Origin: Candidatus Omnitrophota bacterium
GTDB taxonomy: Bacteria > Omnitrophota > Gorgyraeia > Zapsychrales > JBDRMG01
Direction of reading: 5' to 3'
Assembly (NCBI GenBank): GCA_043812495.1
Contig: JBDRMG010000018.1
Location: 7,651-71,650, forward strand
Length of the DNA stretch: 64,000 nt
Both the position numbers and the translations under genes were made by a program. Each line of letters begins with the position of its first letter. Within the stretch, counting starts at the first letter, position 1. Positions 30,402 through 39,958 of this stretch are shown piece after piece. The notes beneath the pieces were generated by a model. It had not been told where the DNA came from and made no database searches. It saw only the letters and a program-made list of their open reading frames with translations.

Positions 30402-30410
30402 ATTATAACA
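30402..30410 (-). promoter_or_regulatory. Extended -10 promoter, probable leaderless S41 transcript
   Basis: TGtTATAAT followed by 6 nt and then ATG; no SD sequence. Confidence 0.5.
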
Positions 30411-30727
30411 TAGGATAATTTGTAGTCTTGTAAATTTTGGTTCTTTCTTGATTAAGTTAAAGGAAAGAACCTGATTGCAGTGATTAAAATTCCGATTACA
30501 GAGATTTTATTATAGATATTAATCTTTGGAATCTTAAGCCATCATTGAAATCAGGGCCATTCTTTCATCGTTATTGATATTCCGCAAGGTATTGGAAAAT
30601 ATGAAAGAATGGCCCTAAATTTATAAAACTTTAGGCCCTGTTTTTGGCTATTTTTATGGAATAAACGGTTTTAACGTGCTGCTTGCGAAGTGAATGCGAA
30701 GACTAGAAATGTTCTCAGATCAAAGAC

Positions 30728-30770
30728 AAAGCCCCCGCCCGCCAATGCTTCAATGGCGGGCGGGGGCTTT
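30728..30770 (-). terminator. Intrinsic terminator-like hairpin after the gcv-lplA-NUMOD3-EF-hand run
   Basis: AAAGCCCCCGCCCGCCA...TGGCGGGCGGGGGCTTT stem, with a T-rich tail on the minus strand. Confidence 0.65.
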
Positions 30771-30787
30771 AAGTTTCTGCTGTTTTT

Positions 30788-31210
30788 TTATTTTGCCTGA
30801 GTTTTGATCAGACTGGCCTCGGATCGGCTAATCGTTCCGTCACGATTTTTGTCATATTCTTTAAGAATATCTGAATCGATCACGTAGCTGCCTTTTTTAT
30901 CAACTTGCGCAACAACATCTTTGAGCAAGACCTTGGCTTCCCAGGACTGAAGACGTCCATCGCGATTCACATCATACGCTTTTTCATTGCGATTTTTAAC
31001 TGAGGATTCTGTCGTCATCCATTTGGGAGTTGATTCGCTCGCTACCGGTTGCGGCACGGATACCTTCGGTTTGGTTTCTCTAACCACCCTCTCGGTTTGA
31101 TTATTGGTATTTTTTAATCTTTTGTAATTGACCATCTGCGCATCGCACCAAGGAGTGATCGCGAGAGAGAAAATAACCCATATCGCAATGACAATAATCT
31201 TTTTTCTCAT
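30788..31210 (-). CDS. Exported EF-hand protein
   Basis: Signal peptide; DVNRDGRLQSWE and DKNRDGTISRSE loops; GAGG RBS. Confidence 0.75.
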   Translation of the reverse strand: MRKKIIVIAIWVIFSLAITPWCDAQMVNYKRLKNTNNQTERVVRETKPKVSVPQPVASESTPKWMTTESSVKNRNEKAYDVNRDGRLQSWEAKVLLKDVVAQVDKKGSYVIDSDILKEYDKNRDGTISRSEASLIKTQAK

Positions 31211-31235
31211 TTCTCACCTCTCTTCTTTTCTTAAT

Positions 31236-31463
31236 TTATTTGGATTTCAGCCGTCGTCTTCTGGCTGCCAAACTAATTTTTCTTTTTGTTTCAGCGCTAT
31301 GTCGTCGGCCAGACATAGGATTTTGCTTGCCGCTATTGATACGGCTAAGCTTAATTTTCGTTGAGGTCTTGTGCCGTCGGCCGTACATCGAATTCTTTTT
31401 GCCCTTCTGGGACAGGCTTATTCTTCTTTTTGTGGCTAAAGAATGTTTTTTGCCTCGTGCCAT
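31236..31463 (-). CDS. Stand-alone NUMOD3-repeat basic DNA-binding protein
   Basis: Three repeats GKKHSLATKRRIS / GRRHKTSTKIKLS / GRRHSAETKRKIS with NSMYG and NPMSG linkers; AAGGAGAGG RBS. Confidence 0.75.
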   Translation of the reverse strand: MARGKKHSLATKRRISLSQKGKKNSMYGRRHKTSTKIKLSRINSGKQNPMSGRRHSAETKRKISLAARRRRLKSK

Positions 31464-31507
31464 ATTCACCTCTCCTTGTTAATCGGTTAACCACCCTGAC
31501 TTGTATT

Positions 31508-32236
31508 TTATACTGACCCGACATCAACTGCAGTCTTTTTTTGCTGAACAAGATTTTTCAATAAAGCGCTCTCTTCTTGTGTCATTTTATTGTCTCCCTG
31601 GGTTGCCTGAAAAATACGCCCACAGGATTGCTTAAATTTCTCCGGAACAAGGGGAACGTTAATGAGAAAATCTCGATGCGCTCTTTGTTTTCGATAATCG
31701 GGCATCATTTGCGGCCTACGCAAATATCGCTCGATTTTCAGGATATCAAACGCATACAAAATTGTCCCGTGATGCAATATAAATTTTCTTGCCCGCCTCT
31801 GCGCATTGCCGGAAAACTTTCGAAAATGCGGAAGGGTTGCTATATCAGAAATCGGCTGAAAGATCGCCCGGATATTCAGTTCTTTGAAAACCTTGATCAG
31901 CTGCCCGATGATCCATGCATAAGATTTCGGTATTTTGCTCAGTTCAGAGCGTTTTTCTTTGGAGAGAATAAGCGCATAATTCAAACATCCGCACCCTTGC
32001 ATCACTGTTCCGCCGCCGGAACACCTGCGCAAAATAGGTATTTTATCTTTTTGCACCGTTTCAAGATTGATATCATCCTGTAGTTTGCTGATTTTGCCCA
32101 GAACTATGAAAGAAACTGGTGATTCCCAAAACCGTAAGGTCTCAAGGCAACCGTTTTTTTCCGCGAGGGCAAGAAGCACTTCATCGAATAGAATATTTTC
32201 CTGAGGCGTGCCCAGGGTAATTTCGCGAGCAACCAT
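31508..32236 (-). CDS. Lipoate-protein ligase A family protein
   Basis: RRCSGGGTV, KFSGNAQ and HHGTIL motifs; follows the gcv genes. Confidence 0.85.
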   Translation of the reverse strand: MVAREITLGTPQENILFDEVLLALAEKNGCLETLRFWESPVSFIVLGKISKLQDDINLETVQKDKIPILRRCSGGGTVMQGCGCLNYALILSKEKRSELSKIPKSYAWIIGQLIKVFKELNIRAIFQPISDIATLPHFRKFSGNAQRRARKFILHHGTILYAFDILKIERYLRRPQMMPDYRKQRAHRDFLINVPLVPEKFKQSCGRIFQATQGDNKMTQEESALLKNLVQQKKTAVDVGSV

Positions 32237-32247
32237 CCAGACCTTCT

Positions 32248-33711
32248 TTATTTAACCTTTTTGAAAGAAAAATAGTTGGTGTTGAGGCTCTTGGCCGCAT
32301 AAACTTCATCAGGCCGGCTGATGGATCTTGTCAGCGGGAAATCCTTAAAGCATCCGGGGTCTTTTTCGGATAATTCATCCGCGCGGATCATGGCATCGAT
32401 AAACGTATCCATGGTTTCTTTTGATTCTGTTTCCGTGGGTTCGATCATCATCGCTTCTTTGACAATCAAAGGAAAATAAACCGTGGGAGGATGCATACCT
32501 TGGTCGATTAAGAATTTGGCGATATCCAAAGCGTGGACACCCCGCTTGGCCTGCCGGGAGGCCGAAAAAACACATTCATGCATACAGCGTCGATTAAAGG
32601 GAAGATCGTAGAATTTCTTCAGCCGCTCCATGATATAATTGGCATTCAGAACCGCATGATCGCTTGTTTCCTTTAATCCCTGCTTTCCTAATAATAATAT
32701 ATAGGCATAGGCGCGCAAGATGACGGCGAAGTTTCCGTAAAACGAAGCGATATATCCGATAGAATCGGAATAGTCATAATTCAGTGCAAATGTTCCGTCA
32801 TTGCGTATCTCCACTCTTGAAATCGGGCAAAATCGGCTTAAATGTTTCTTCATGCCCACAGGCCCCGCCCCGGGTCCGCCTCCTCCATGCGGCGCAGAGA
32901 ATGTCTTATGGAGATTGATATGAACAATATCAAACCCTAAGTCTCCCGGCCGAGCCCGGCCCATCAAGGCATTGAGATTGGCTCCGTCATAATACATCAG
33001 CCCATCAACGGCATGAACCATTTCAGCCACTTGATCAATATCTGAATTAAAAATTCCAAGCGTGTTGGGACACGTGAGCATCACGCCGGCGACATCTTTG
33101 GATATTTTTTCTTTGAGAATTTTGATATCCATTACGCCTTGTTGATCCGAAGGAACCGAGATGATTTTATAACCGGCAATAGCCGCGGAAGCCGGATTGG
33201 TGCCATGGGCCGAATCAGGCACAATAATAAATTTCTTCTTTTGACCCTTGGCTTTATGATAAGCGGCCATAAGCATGACGCCTGTAAGCTCGCCGTGAGC
33301 GCCGGCCATCGGCTGCATGGTAAACTCATCCATACCCGTAATCTCACAGAGCAAACGGTCCATCTCATAGAGGACATGCAGGGCCCCCTGAGTAAAACGC
33401 TCACCGCCTTTGAGCTGAGCCAGCATAGGATGAAGCCCTGCAAACCCAAAACTCCCCGCCAATTTTTCCGTAAAGCGCGGGTTATATTTCATGGTGCAGG
33501 ACCCCAAGGGATAAAAATTCGTGTCCACGGAATAATTCAAATGAGACAGCTTAGTAAAGTGGCGAATGAGATCCAGTTCTGTCACCTGGGGCCATTGGCA
33601 CTCTTGGGTCCTTTGATAGGTAACCGGAATTTCGCCTTTGGCGGGCACATCGGATTGTTGAATCTTCAACCCTTTTCTTCCCGAAACAGATTTTTCAAAA
33701 ATTAACTGCAT
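32248..33711 (-). CDS. gcvPB: Glycine dehydrogenase subunit 2
   Basis: YPLGSCTMKYNP; AGAHGE; SAHGTNPAS; NLHKTFSAPHGGGGPG; MIEPTETES. Confidence 0.95.
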   Translation of the reverse strand: MQLIFEKSVSGRKGLKIQQSDVPAKGEIPVTYQRTQECQWPQVTELDLIRHFTKLSHLNYSVDTNFYPLGSCTMKYNPRFTEKLAGSFGFAGLHPMLAQLKGGERFTQGALHVLYEMDRLLCEITGMDEFTMQPMAGAHGELTGVMLMAAYHKAKGQKKKFIIVPDSAHGTNPASAAIAGYKIISVPSDQQGVMDIKILKEKISKDVAGVMLTCPNTLGIFNSDIDQVAEMVHAVDGLMYYDGANLNALMGRARPGDLGFDIVHINLHKTFSAPHGGGGPGAGPVGMKKHLSRFCPISRVEIRNDGTFALNYDYSDSIGYIASFYGNFAVILRAYAYILLLGKQGLKETSDHAVLNANYIMERLKKFYDLPFNRRCMHECVFSASRQAKRGVHALDIAKFLIDQGMHPPTVYFPLIVKEAMMIEPTETESKETMDTFIDAMIRADELSEKDPGCFKDFPLTRSISRPDEVYAAKSLNTNYFSFKKVK

Positions 33712-35042
33712 AGAACTTCCTTCAGATTTTCGGCAAAACATTCGATCTCTTCTTTTGTTCTTTTTTCGGTTACGGCAATAATCATATAGTTTTCCATTTC
33801 CGGGTAATAACGGCCCAGCGGAAAACCTGCGGCAAAACCTCTCTGGATCATGGCTTCAACGACCTTAGAGGCATTTTGAGATAAATCCACCGTAAACTCA
33901 TTAAAAACGGGAGAACTCCTCTTAACCTTGATGCCTTTGATTTTTCCCAATGTCTTTCGGGCAAACTCCGCCTTATCCAGATTCAACTGCGCCAATTCCT
34001 TAAGCCCTTCCTGACCTACAATCGTCATATACATCAGAGATTGAATCGCGCATAAAGCGACATTGGTGCAGATATTGGACATGGCCTTTTCCCGTCGGAT
34101 GTGCTGTTCCCTGGCCTGCAGGGTATTCACGAAACATCTTCTGCCCAGACGGTCCACGGTCTGCCCCACAATCCGGCCGGGCATTTTGCGCATATACTCT
34201 TTTTTTGTGGCCATGAAACCAAGATACGGACCGCCAAAGTTTAGAGATAACCCCAGGCTCTGGCCTTCCCCGGTGACAATATCAACATCCATTTCTCCCG
34301 GTGTTTTTAAGATTCCCAAGGCAATAGGATAGACGCTCTGAATGGCCAGAATTCCTTTCTTATGTGCCTTGTGAATGATATCCCCGTGATCATCAATAGC
34401 CCCAAAAAAATTGGGATTTTGTAAAATAACGGCTGCGGTCTTATGGTCTAACATTTTATCCATCTCTTCTCGAGCGCTTTGACCGTGCCGGACAGGCGTT
34501 TCCTGAAATTCGACATCTAAATTGCTTGTATAAGATCGAAGGATTTTGCGATAGATCGGGCTGACGCCGCCATCCATGATAATTTTGTTGCGCCCGGTGA
34601 TACGCAACGACATCATCGCTGCTTCGTAGAGGGCTGTTCCGCCATCGTACAAAGAGGCATTGGCGATATCCATTTGCGTGAGCGTACATATACAACTTTG
34701 ATATTCGTATAGGGCCTGGAGGGTCCCTTGGGCACATTCCGGCTGATAGGGGGTGTACGCGGTCAAGAATTCTCCGCGGGAAATAAGGGCGCTCACAGCC
34801 GCAGGAACATAATGATCATAATATCCGCCGCCGATAAAAAGAATCAGATCGCGCGAATTTTTTGCGGCAAGCTTGTGGATATCCTGCGTGACTTCAAACT
34901 CAGATTTTCCTTGAGGAAGGTTAAAAGATTTGGGATGATGGCGGGGTTGAATGTCTGCAAAGAGATCGTCTATGGACCGAACACCAACCGCCTCAAGCAT
35001 CTTTTTAACATCATTTTGCGTATTGGCGATATACGGATTCAA
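33702..35042 (-). CDS. gcvPA: Glycine dehydrogenase subunit 1
   Basis: EFLTAYTPYQPE; NASLYDG; REQHIRREKA.SNICTN. Confidence 0.95.
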   Translation of the reverse strand: MNPYIANTQNDVKKMLEAVGVRSIDDLFADIQPRHHPKSFNLPQGKSEFEVTQDIHKLAAKNSRDLILFIGGGYYDHYVPAAVSALISRGEFLTAYTPYQPECAQGTLQALYEYQSCICTLTQMDIANASLYDGGTALYEAAMMSLRITGRNKIIMDGGVSPIYRKILRSYTSNLDVEFQETPVRHGQSAREEMDKMLDHKTAAVILQNPNFFGAIDDHGDIIHKAHKKGILAIQSVYPIALGILKTPGEMDVDIVTGEGQSLGLSLNFGGPYLGFMATKKEYMRKMPGRIVGQTVDRLGRRCFVNTLQAREQHIRREKAMSNICTNVALCAIQSLMYMTIVGQEGLKELAQLNLDKAEFARKTLGKIKGIKVKRSSPVFNEFTVDLSQNASKVVEAMIQRGFAAGFPLGRYYPEMENYMIIAVTEKRTKEEIECFAENLKEVLCS

Positions 35043-35428
35043 TCCTCAAGACCTTCCAGAAAATGTTCGTAATCCCCTGCGTTCATGAGGTTGGATTTTT
35101 CGCTAGGATCGGATATTTCTATTTTGGCAATCCAGCCTTTTTCATAACACGACTGATTGATCAATTCAGGGTTTTGCTCCAAATCAGTATTGACTTCAAT
35201 GATTTTTCCTGCCATCGGACAAAAGATATCATTGGCCGCCTTGACTGATTCCAGGGTTGTAATTTGTTCGAACTGATCGACTTCTGTGCCAATCGACGGC
35301 GGTTCAACAAACGTAATATCCCCGAGTGCATCCTGGGCATAATCCGTGATGCCAATCGTTGCGGTCTTTCCATCGATGTTGATCCATTCATGTTCTTTGG
35401 TGTAGAGAAAATATTGCGGAACTTCCAT
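35039..35428 (-). CDS. gcvH: Glycine cleavage H protein
   Basis: YTKEHEW; IGITDYAQDALGD; lipoyl-lysine motif ESVKA; AGGAGG RBS. Confidence 0.95.
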   Translation of the reverse strand: MEVPQYFLYTKEHEWINIDGKTATIGITDYAQDALGDITFVEPPSIGTEVDQFEQITTLESVKAANDIFCPMAGKIIEVNTDLEQNPELINQSCYEKGWIAKIEISDPSEKSNLMNAGDYEHFLEGLED

Positions 35429-35441
35429 TTCACCTCCTCTT

Positions 35442-36542
35442 TTAGCCACGTAAAGTTCCTTTCTGATAAAAAGGTTTTTTCACTATCTCTGCCTTCAAAT
35501 GATGCTCTATTTCTCCGATGAATATCGCTCCTTTGTTTTTATCAAGTTCTTCTTTAACCAATCCCATGCCAATGCCTTTTTTTAGAGCGAAAGAAAACGT
35601 ACCGCTTGTGACATGACCTATGGGGGTCCCATCATCCTTAAGAATGGCTTGATGATGACGCGGCGAACGTCGGGACTCGGAGGTAAAGAAGATCGTTTTT
35701 CTCTTCAATCCATCTTTTTGTTGCTTTAAAAGAGCGTCCTTGCCAATAAAATCTTTTTCAAAGTCGATAAAACGGCTTAGCCCTACTTCAAGAGGCGAAA
35801 TGGTTTCATCCATATCCTGGCCGTACAAGCCATAACCCATTTCCAATCTCAGGACATCGCGCGCGCCTAAGCCAGCTGGTTTTACATTATCATCTTCTAA
35901 TAATTTTTTCCACAATTCTTTTGTTTTTTGCCAGGGAAAATAAATTTCATAACCCAGCTCGCCGGTGTAACCCGTGCGGCTAATCAACGCCTGCTCTCCC
36001 AGAAGATGAAAAACATCAAACGTGTAATACGTCAACCGCTCAATGCCCGGCGCGAGAGTCTTTAAAATGTCCCTTGCCAGAGGCCCCTGGAGATCCAGCT
36101 TTCCCGTTTTCATGGAGATATTCTCGAAACTGGACTCATCGGCTAAGTGCTTGCGAAAATGTTTTTCATCTTTGTCCGTGGTAGCCGCATTGACAACAAT
36201 CATCCATTGTTTGTCCTTCATACGAAAAACAACGCAGTCATCAATGATACCGCCTTGCTCGTTACAAAGGGCGCCGTAACGACATGATCCCAGAGGTGCA
36301 TCTTTTATTTTCGAAGTTACAAGGCGATCTAATCCGTTTTTTTGAGCATCCACTTTGATCAGGAATTCTCCCATGTGACAGATATCGAATAACGCGGCTT
36401 TTGTACGGGTGGCCTCATATTCCTTATATATAGTCGTGTAGGAAATAGGCATCTGCCATTCGCCAAAAGGAGCCATTTTGGCGCCAAGCTTTAGATGTTC
36501 ATCGTAAAGAGGTGTTTGTTTGAGATTTTTTTGTCTAGACAT
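35442..36542 (-). CDS. gcvT: Glycine cleavage T protein (aminomethyltransferase)
   Basis: FDICHMGE; SRTGYTGELGYE; GLGARDVLRLEMG. Confidence 0.95.
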   Translation of the reverse strand: MSRQKNLKQTPLYDEHLKLGAKMAPFGEWQMPISYTTIYKEYEATRTKAALFDICHMGEFLIKVDAQKNGLDRLVTSKIKDAPLGSCRYGALCNEQGGIIDDCVVFRMKDKQWMIVVNAATTDKDEKHFRKHLADESSFENISMKTGKLDLQGPLARDILKTLAPGIERLTYYTFDVFHLLGEQALISRTGYTGELGYEIYFPWQKTKELWKKLLEDDNVKPAGLGARDVLRLEMGYGLYGQDMDETISPLEVGLSRFIDFEKDFIGKDALLKQQKDGLKRKTIFFTSESRRSPRHHQAILKDDGTPIGHVTSGTFSFALKKGIGMGLVKEELDKNKGAIFIGEIEHHLKAEIVKKPFYQKGTLRG

Positions 36543-36581
36543 GTGGAAGAATTAACATCGCAGGATTTCATGCGCCTGGGC

Positions 36582-36754
36582 CTACTTCGCCCGCCATTGA
36601 TGCAGTGGCGGGCTTCGTAGCCCTCACATACTAAGATATTTTCGCAGTTCTATGAAGCCAAAGGCGAAAGTTCTGCTTCGCAGAATATTTTCCATGTTCT
36701 GCTTCGCAGAATTCTTCGAAGCTTCATGCGAAGAAGAACACTTTGGCGAAGTAG
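36582..36754. repeat. Palindromic element abutting the tRNA 3' end
   Basis: 10-bp terminal inverted repeat CTACTTCGCC/GGCGAAGTAG, the same end as in the S41 insertion; internal duplicated GTTCTGCTTCGCAGAAT hairpins. Confidence 0.7.
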
Positions 36755-36756
36755 AA

Positions 36757-36830
36757 CCCGCCCAGGAGGACTCGAACCTCCAACACCTAGCTCCGAAGGC
36801 TAGTGCTCTATCCAATTGAACTATGGGCGG
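36757..36830 (-). tRNA. tRNA-Arg, anticodon UCG, CCA not encoded
   Basis: Acceptor stem CCGCCCA/TGGGCGG; D arm; anticodon stem CTAGC/GCTAG with loop CTTCGGA; T arm GGAGG-TTCGAGT-CCTCC. Confidence 0.93.
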
Positions 36831-36831
36831 T

Positions 36832-37101
36832 TTAATTGATATTCCTTAAATTAATTTCACCACTTTTTACAATTTTTATTAAATAATCTTTTCGCTTGAG
36901 CCGCTTTAATTTATATTCAATCTTTTGAGCAATTTTTGAATCCGAATACTCTTTCTTGAAAACTAACTTTACAGGTAAAAATCTCTTTGTTGTATGAACA
37001 GCACCTTCATTATGTTTGCGTATCCTTTTTTCTATATTGGTAGTACTTCCAATATAGTATCTACCATTTTTTTCACTTTCGAGAATATAAACATATGTCA
37101 T
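36832..37101 (-). CDS. Small GIY-YIG nuclease family protein
   Basis: YVYIL...YYIGST, RIRKHN and IEYKLK motifs; AT-rich. Confidence 0.85.
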   Translation of the reverse strand: MTYVYILESEKNGRYYIGSTTNIEKRIRKHNEGAVHTTKRFLPVKLVFKKEYSDSKIAQKIEYKLKRLKRKDYLIKIVKSGEINLRNIN

Positions 37102-37124
37102 TATATTTCTTTTGATTCTCCATC

Positions 37125-37213
37125 CAACTCCGACACTCCGACTTCCATACTATATTTTAGAAGATGTCGGAGGTCGGAGCCCCGACTGAGTCTTACGACG
37201 AGTGTCGGGGTTG
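37125..37213. repeat. Palindromic element upstream of the GIY-YIG gene
   Basis: CAACTCCGACACTC / GAGTGTCGGGGTTG inverted repeat (13/14) with nested CCGAC/GTCGG hairpins. Confidence 0.65.
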
Positions 37214-37288
37214 AGCTACAGGCGCAAATACCTTTAATCTATTTCTATAAAATCTTTATCGATTATACACTTAAATCATTTTTATGGA

Positions 37289-37493
37289 AATAGTATTTTT
37301 CTATTTGCTTGATCCCCGCCCGTCAAAATGGTCAAACAATTTTAATGGGCGGGGTTAATTCAGCCAGTGACTTACGCTTAGCCCCGCTTCTTGCCCCGCC
37401 GTCTGCCTGTCGGCCCGGCCTCGACTCGGCCAAGGGCCGAGGCGGGCAGACAAGCGGCGGGGCAGCGGGGCACGCGTAAGTCACGGCTTCATT
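37289..37493. repeat. Modular palindromic intergenic element, copy G (deeply nested)
   Basis: TATTTGCTTGATCCCC ... TAAGTCACGGCTTCATT ends; several nested GC-rich stems. Confidence 0.8.
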
Positions 37494-37573
37494 AATTTGA
37501 AGTCATTTTGCACAATCTCAATCTTTGTTAAATTCTTCTCTCTTTTTTCAAAAAATAAGATAAAATATATTTT

Positions 37574-39445
37574 ATGTCAAAGGACAAAATCAGGAAAATA
37601 TTATTGAACGATTTTGCCATCGCTCTTTATTTGCTTGTCCTCTTCCTTTTGAGCCACGGCTACCTGTACGGATGGGACGACCAACACCTTGAAATCCCGC
37701 TTTTAAAAAGTCTCATCGATCCCACGCTCTATGCTCACGATTACTACGTGCAAAGCCTGAAGGCCAATTTTATTACTTATTTTTATCCCCTTCTTGCTCA
37801 CCTCATATCCATCCGTCAGATTCCCGTTGTTTATTTTTGCTTATTCTTACTTTCCCGCTATTTCATGTTTTTCTGGATGTATAAATTTTGGCTTTTGATT
37901 TCCAAAAATCAATCCAAGGCCTTTCTATGCACATTCTCTTTTATTGTTTTGACGCGCGTGGAGCCTTTTCTCTACAGAACCTTTTCTCATCAGGAATTTG
38001 CTTTTGCTTTTATTTTCGCCGCCCTTTACTTCTTTTATAAAGAAAGATTTGTTTTAGCCGCTATCATTTTAGGCCTCAGCGCCAATATTCATGCGCTTTA
38101 TTGCCTTTTTCCGATGATCTACATGGCCTGTTACCTTCTGCTGGCTCATAAAAAGCATGGGTGGGCCATACTTTTTAAATCTTGCGCGACATTTATTCTG
38201 TGTTGTATTCCTCTGTTGATCTGGATTGCGCGTAAAACCCTATCGACTCCCGTACTTCCTGAGCTTTTCGTCGTCGAGAATTGGCTTCCTTTTTACAAAA
38301 TCGTCCTTCCGGATGCCTTCCCTTTTGATCACATCCATTTTGAGGGGGTGACGATTCCCCTCTTAAACTTCTTGATTGCTGCTGAGCTTTATCTTTCTTT
38401 GATTGCGCTCTATTTTCTCAATCATCTTTATAACGAAACGTTTAGATCAAATCAAAAGAATTATGTGATCGCTTGCATGGCTTTCCTCTTCATGGCGCTT
38501 TCTTTTGCCGTGTGCTACATCGTTCCCAATAAATTCTTGATTGATTTGAATCTATTAAGAAATAACGAGTTTTATTTCTTTTTGATCGGGGGATTTACCC
38601 TGTTGCTTTTGCTGGAAACGGTCCAGCGGGAAAAGCTATGGATGGGGTTCTTGCTCTGCATCGTTTATCCTTTTATTTTTGTCGAGAATATCCTCGCAGC
38701 CATCACCGCATGCGCCCTGATTCTCCTTTTCTCTTTGAGGCAACTTTTGAAAAAAGAGAAAACACGACTCATCACATCTTTCATTACGCTTGAATCCATC
38801 TTACTGCTGGGTTGTATAATCCTTTACGGATTTCTTTGTTTTGCTTCGCGGATCACTTTTTATACGAACGGTTTATTGATCTGGCGGGCTCTCTTGGCTC
38901 TTATTCTTTTTTTCGTTTGCGCGCTGCGCCTAAAAAACCAAGACTTGTCTTGCCGGCAATGGTTTGTCATTATCCCGATCATTCTTTTTTCGATGGCCTA
39001 CATGCATGCCTATTACCAGAAAGTCACGGGACAAAACAAGCAGCCCTTTGACACCTTTCAGGAGCGGTGGGAAAACATTCAACATGTGACGGCCCAGAAG
39101 ACACCCAAAGAGGCAATGATTCTTGTTCCTTACGACATGGAGATGGGGGGGGGATTTCGCATTTTTTCCGAACGCAGCGTTGTTTGTTCCTATCGTGACA
39201 TCGGGATTATCGGCTTTGATCTTGCGGCGGCACTCGAATGGCAAAAAAGAATTAAGGATATCGAGCCTTTTCGTATCCGAAGGCAATCATCCATTATTCC
39301 CGCCGTGGGTAAGGCCGTCTCGCGTTATAAGGCCGATTATATTGTTTTTATGAATTACTATGCCCCTCAGCCCAATGACACTTTTGAGCTGATCTATGCC
39401 AATCGAGATTTTTCGCTCTTTAAGATCAACAAAATGCGCCGCTGA
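37574..39445 (+). CDS. Polytopic membrane protein, possible GT-C-type glycosyltransferase
   Basis: Many TM helices; acidic first loop GWDDQHLEIP...D; soluble C-terminal domain with FRIFSERS. Confidence 0.55.
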   Translation: MSKDKIRKILLNDFAIALYLLVLFLLSHGYLYGWDDQHLEIPLLKSLIDPTLYAHDYYVQSLKANFITYFYPLLAHLISIRQIPVVYFCLFLLSRYFMFFWMYKFWLLISKNQSKAFLCTFSFIVLTRVEPFLYRTFSHQEFAFAFIFAALYFFYKERFVLAAIILGLSANIHALYCLFPMIYMACYLLLAHKKHGWAILFKSCATFILCCIPLLIWIARKTLSTPVLPELFVVENWLPFYKIVLPDAFPFDHIHFEGVTIPLLNFLIAAELYLSLIALYFLNHLYNETFRSNQKNYVIACMAFLFMALSFAVCYIVPNKFLIDLNLLRNNEFYFFLIGGFTLLLLLETVQREKLWMGFLLCIVYPFIFVENILAAITACALILLFSLRQLLKKEKTRLITSFITLESILLLGCIILYGFLCFASRITFYTNGLLIWRALLALILFFVCALRLKNQDLSCRQWFVIIPIILFSMAYMHAYYQKVTGQNKQPFDTFQERWENIQHVTAQKTPKEAMILVPYDMEMGGGFRIFSERSVVCSYRDIGIIGFDLAAALEWQKRIKDIEPFRIRRQSSIIPAVGKAVSRYKADYIVFMNYYAPQPNDTFELIYANRDFSLFKINKMRR

Positions 39446-39538
39446 CCATCCTTAGGAAAAAAGGACATCCAAACCTTCTTTTGTTAAATTTCTCAAAAAT
39501 CTTTTCTTTAAACAATCAATTTATTGTAGAATAAAACT

Positions 39539-39883
39539 ATGTCCTTCAATGATGTGATGATGAAAATTCGGCATTGGGATAACCGAGCCGCCAAGTGGAT
39601 GGTGCGCCACTTTTATCTTTTATTTTTTGAGGTTTTGCTGGGTATTATCTTCGTTATTTTTTTCGTTATTTCTATTCATGCCATTGACGTCGGGATTGAT
39701 GCGGCTAAAGAAGGCATTGTTGAGCGCCTTTTGATGCTGCAGACATTCGGTCTTTCTGTTCTTATCCTTCTCATGCTCATGAATTCCTTCTGGATGCTTT
39801 ATATTTTTAACAGCATCCTGCGCATCCGCACGCTTTTGAAGGAGCTTAATTTTCATTTCTCGCGAAGGCATCCCCGCGGATAA
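39539..39883 (+). CDS. Small two-TM hypothetical protein
   Basis: Clean ORF in a gap between genes; two hydrophobic helices; TAGAAT 6 nt before ATG. Confidence 0.6.
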   Translation: MSFNDVMMKIRHWDNRAAKWMVRHFYLLFFEVLLGIIFVIFFVISIHAIDVGIDAAKEGIVERLLMLQTFGLSVLILLMLMNSFWMLYIFNSILRIRTLLKELNFHFSRRHPRG

Positions 39884-39958
39884 ATTTTCACTATCTAGAC
39901 GAATTCGTTCTTATCCCCTCATTTCTTGTTTGAAGTGAAGCGGGCAGGTTGAGCGTTT

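Noticed and set aside
36543-36756. Glycine riboswitch upstream of gcvT
   Set aside because: No glycine aptamer consensus is visible; the region is explained by an IR-bounded repeat element.
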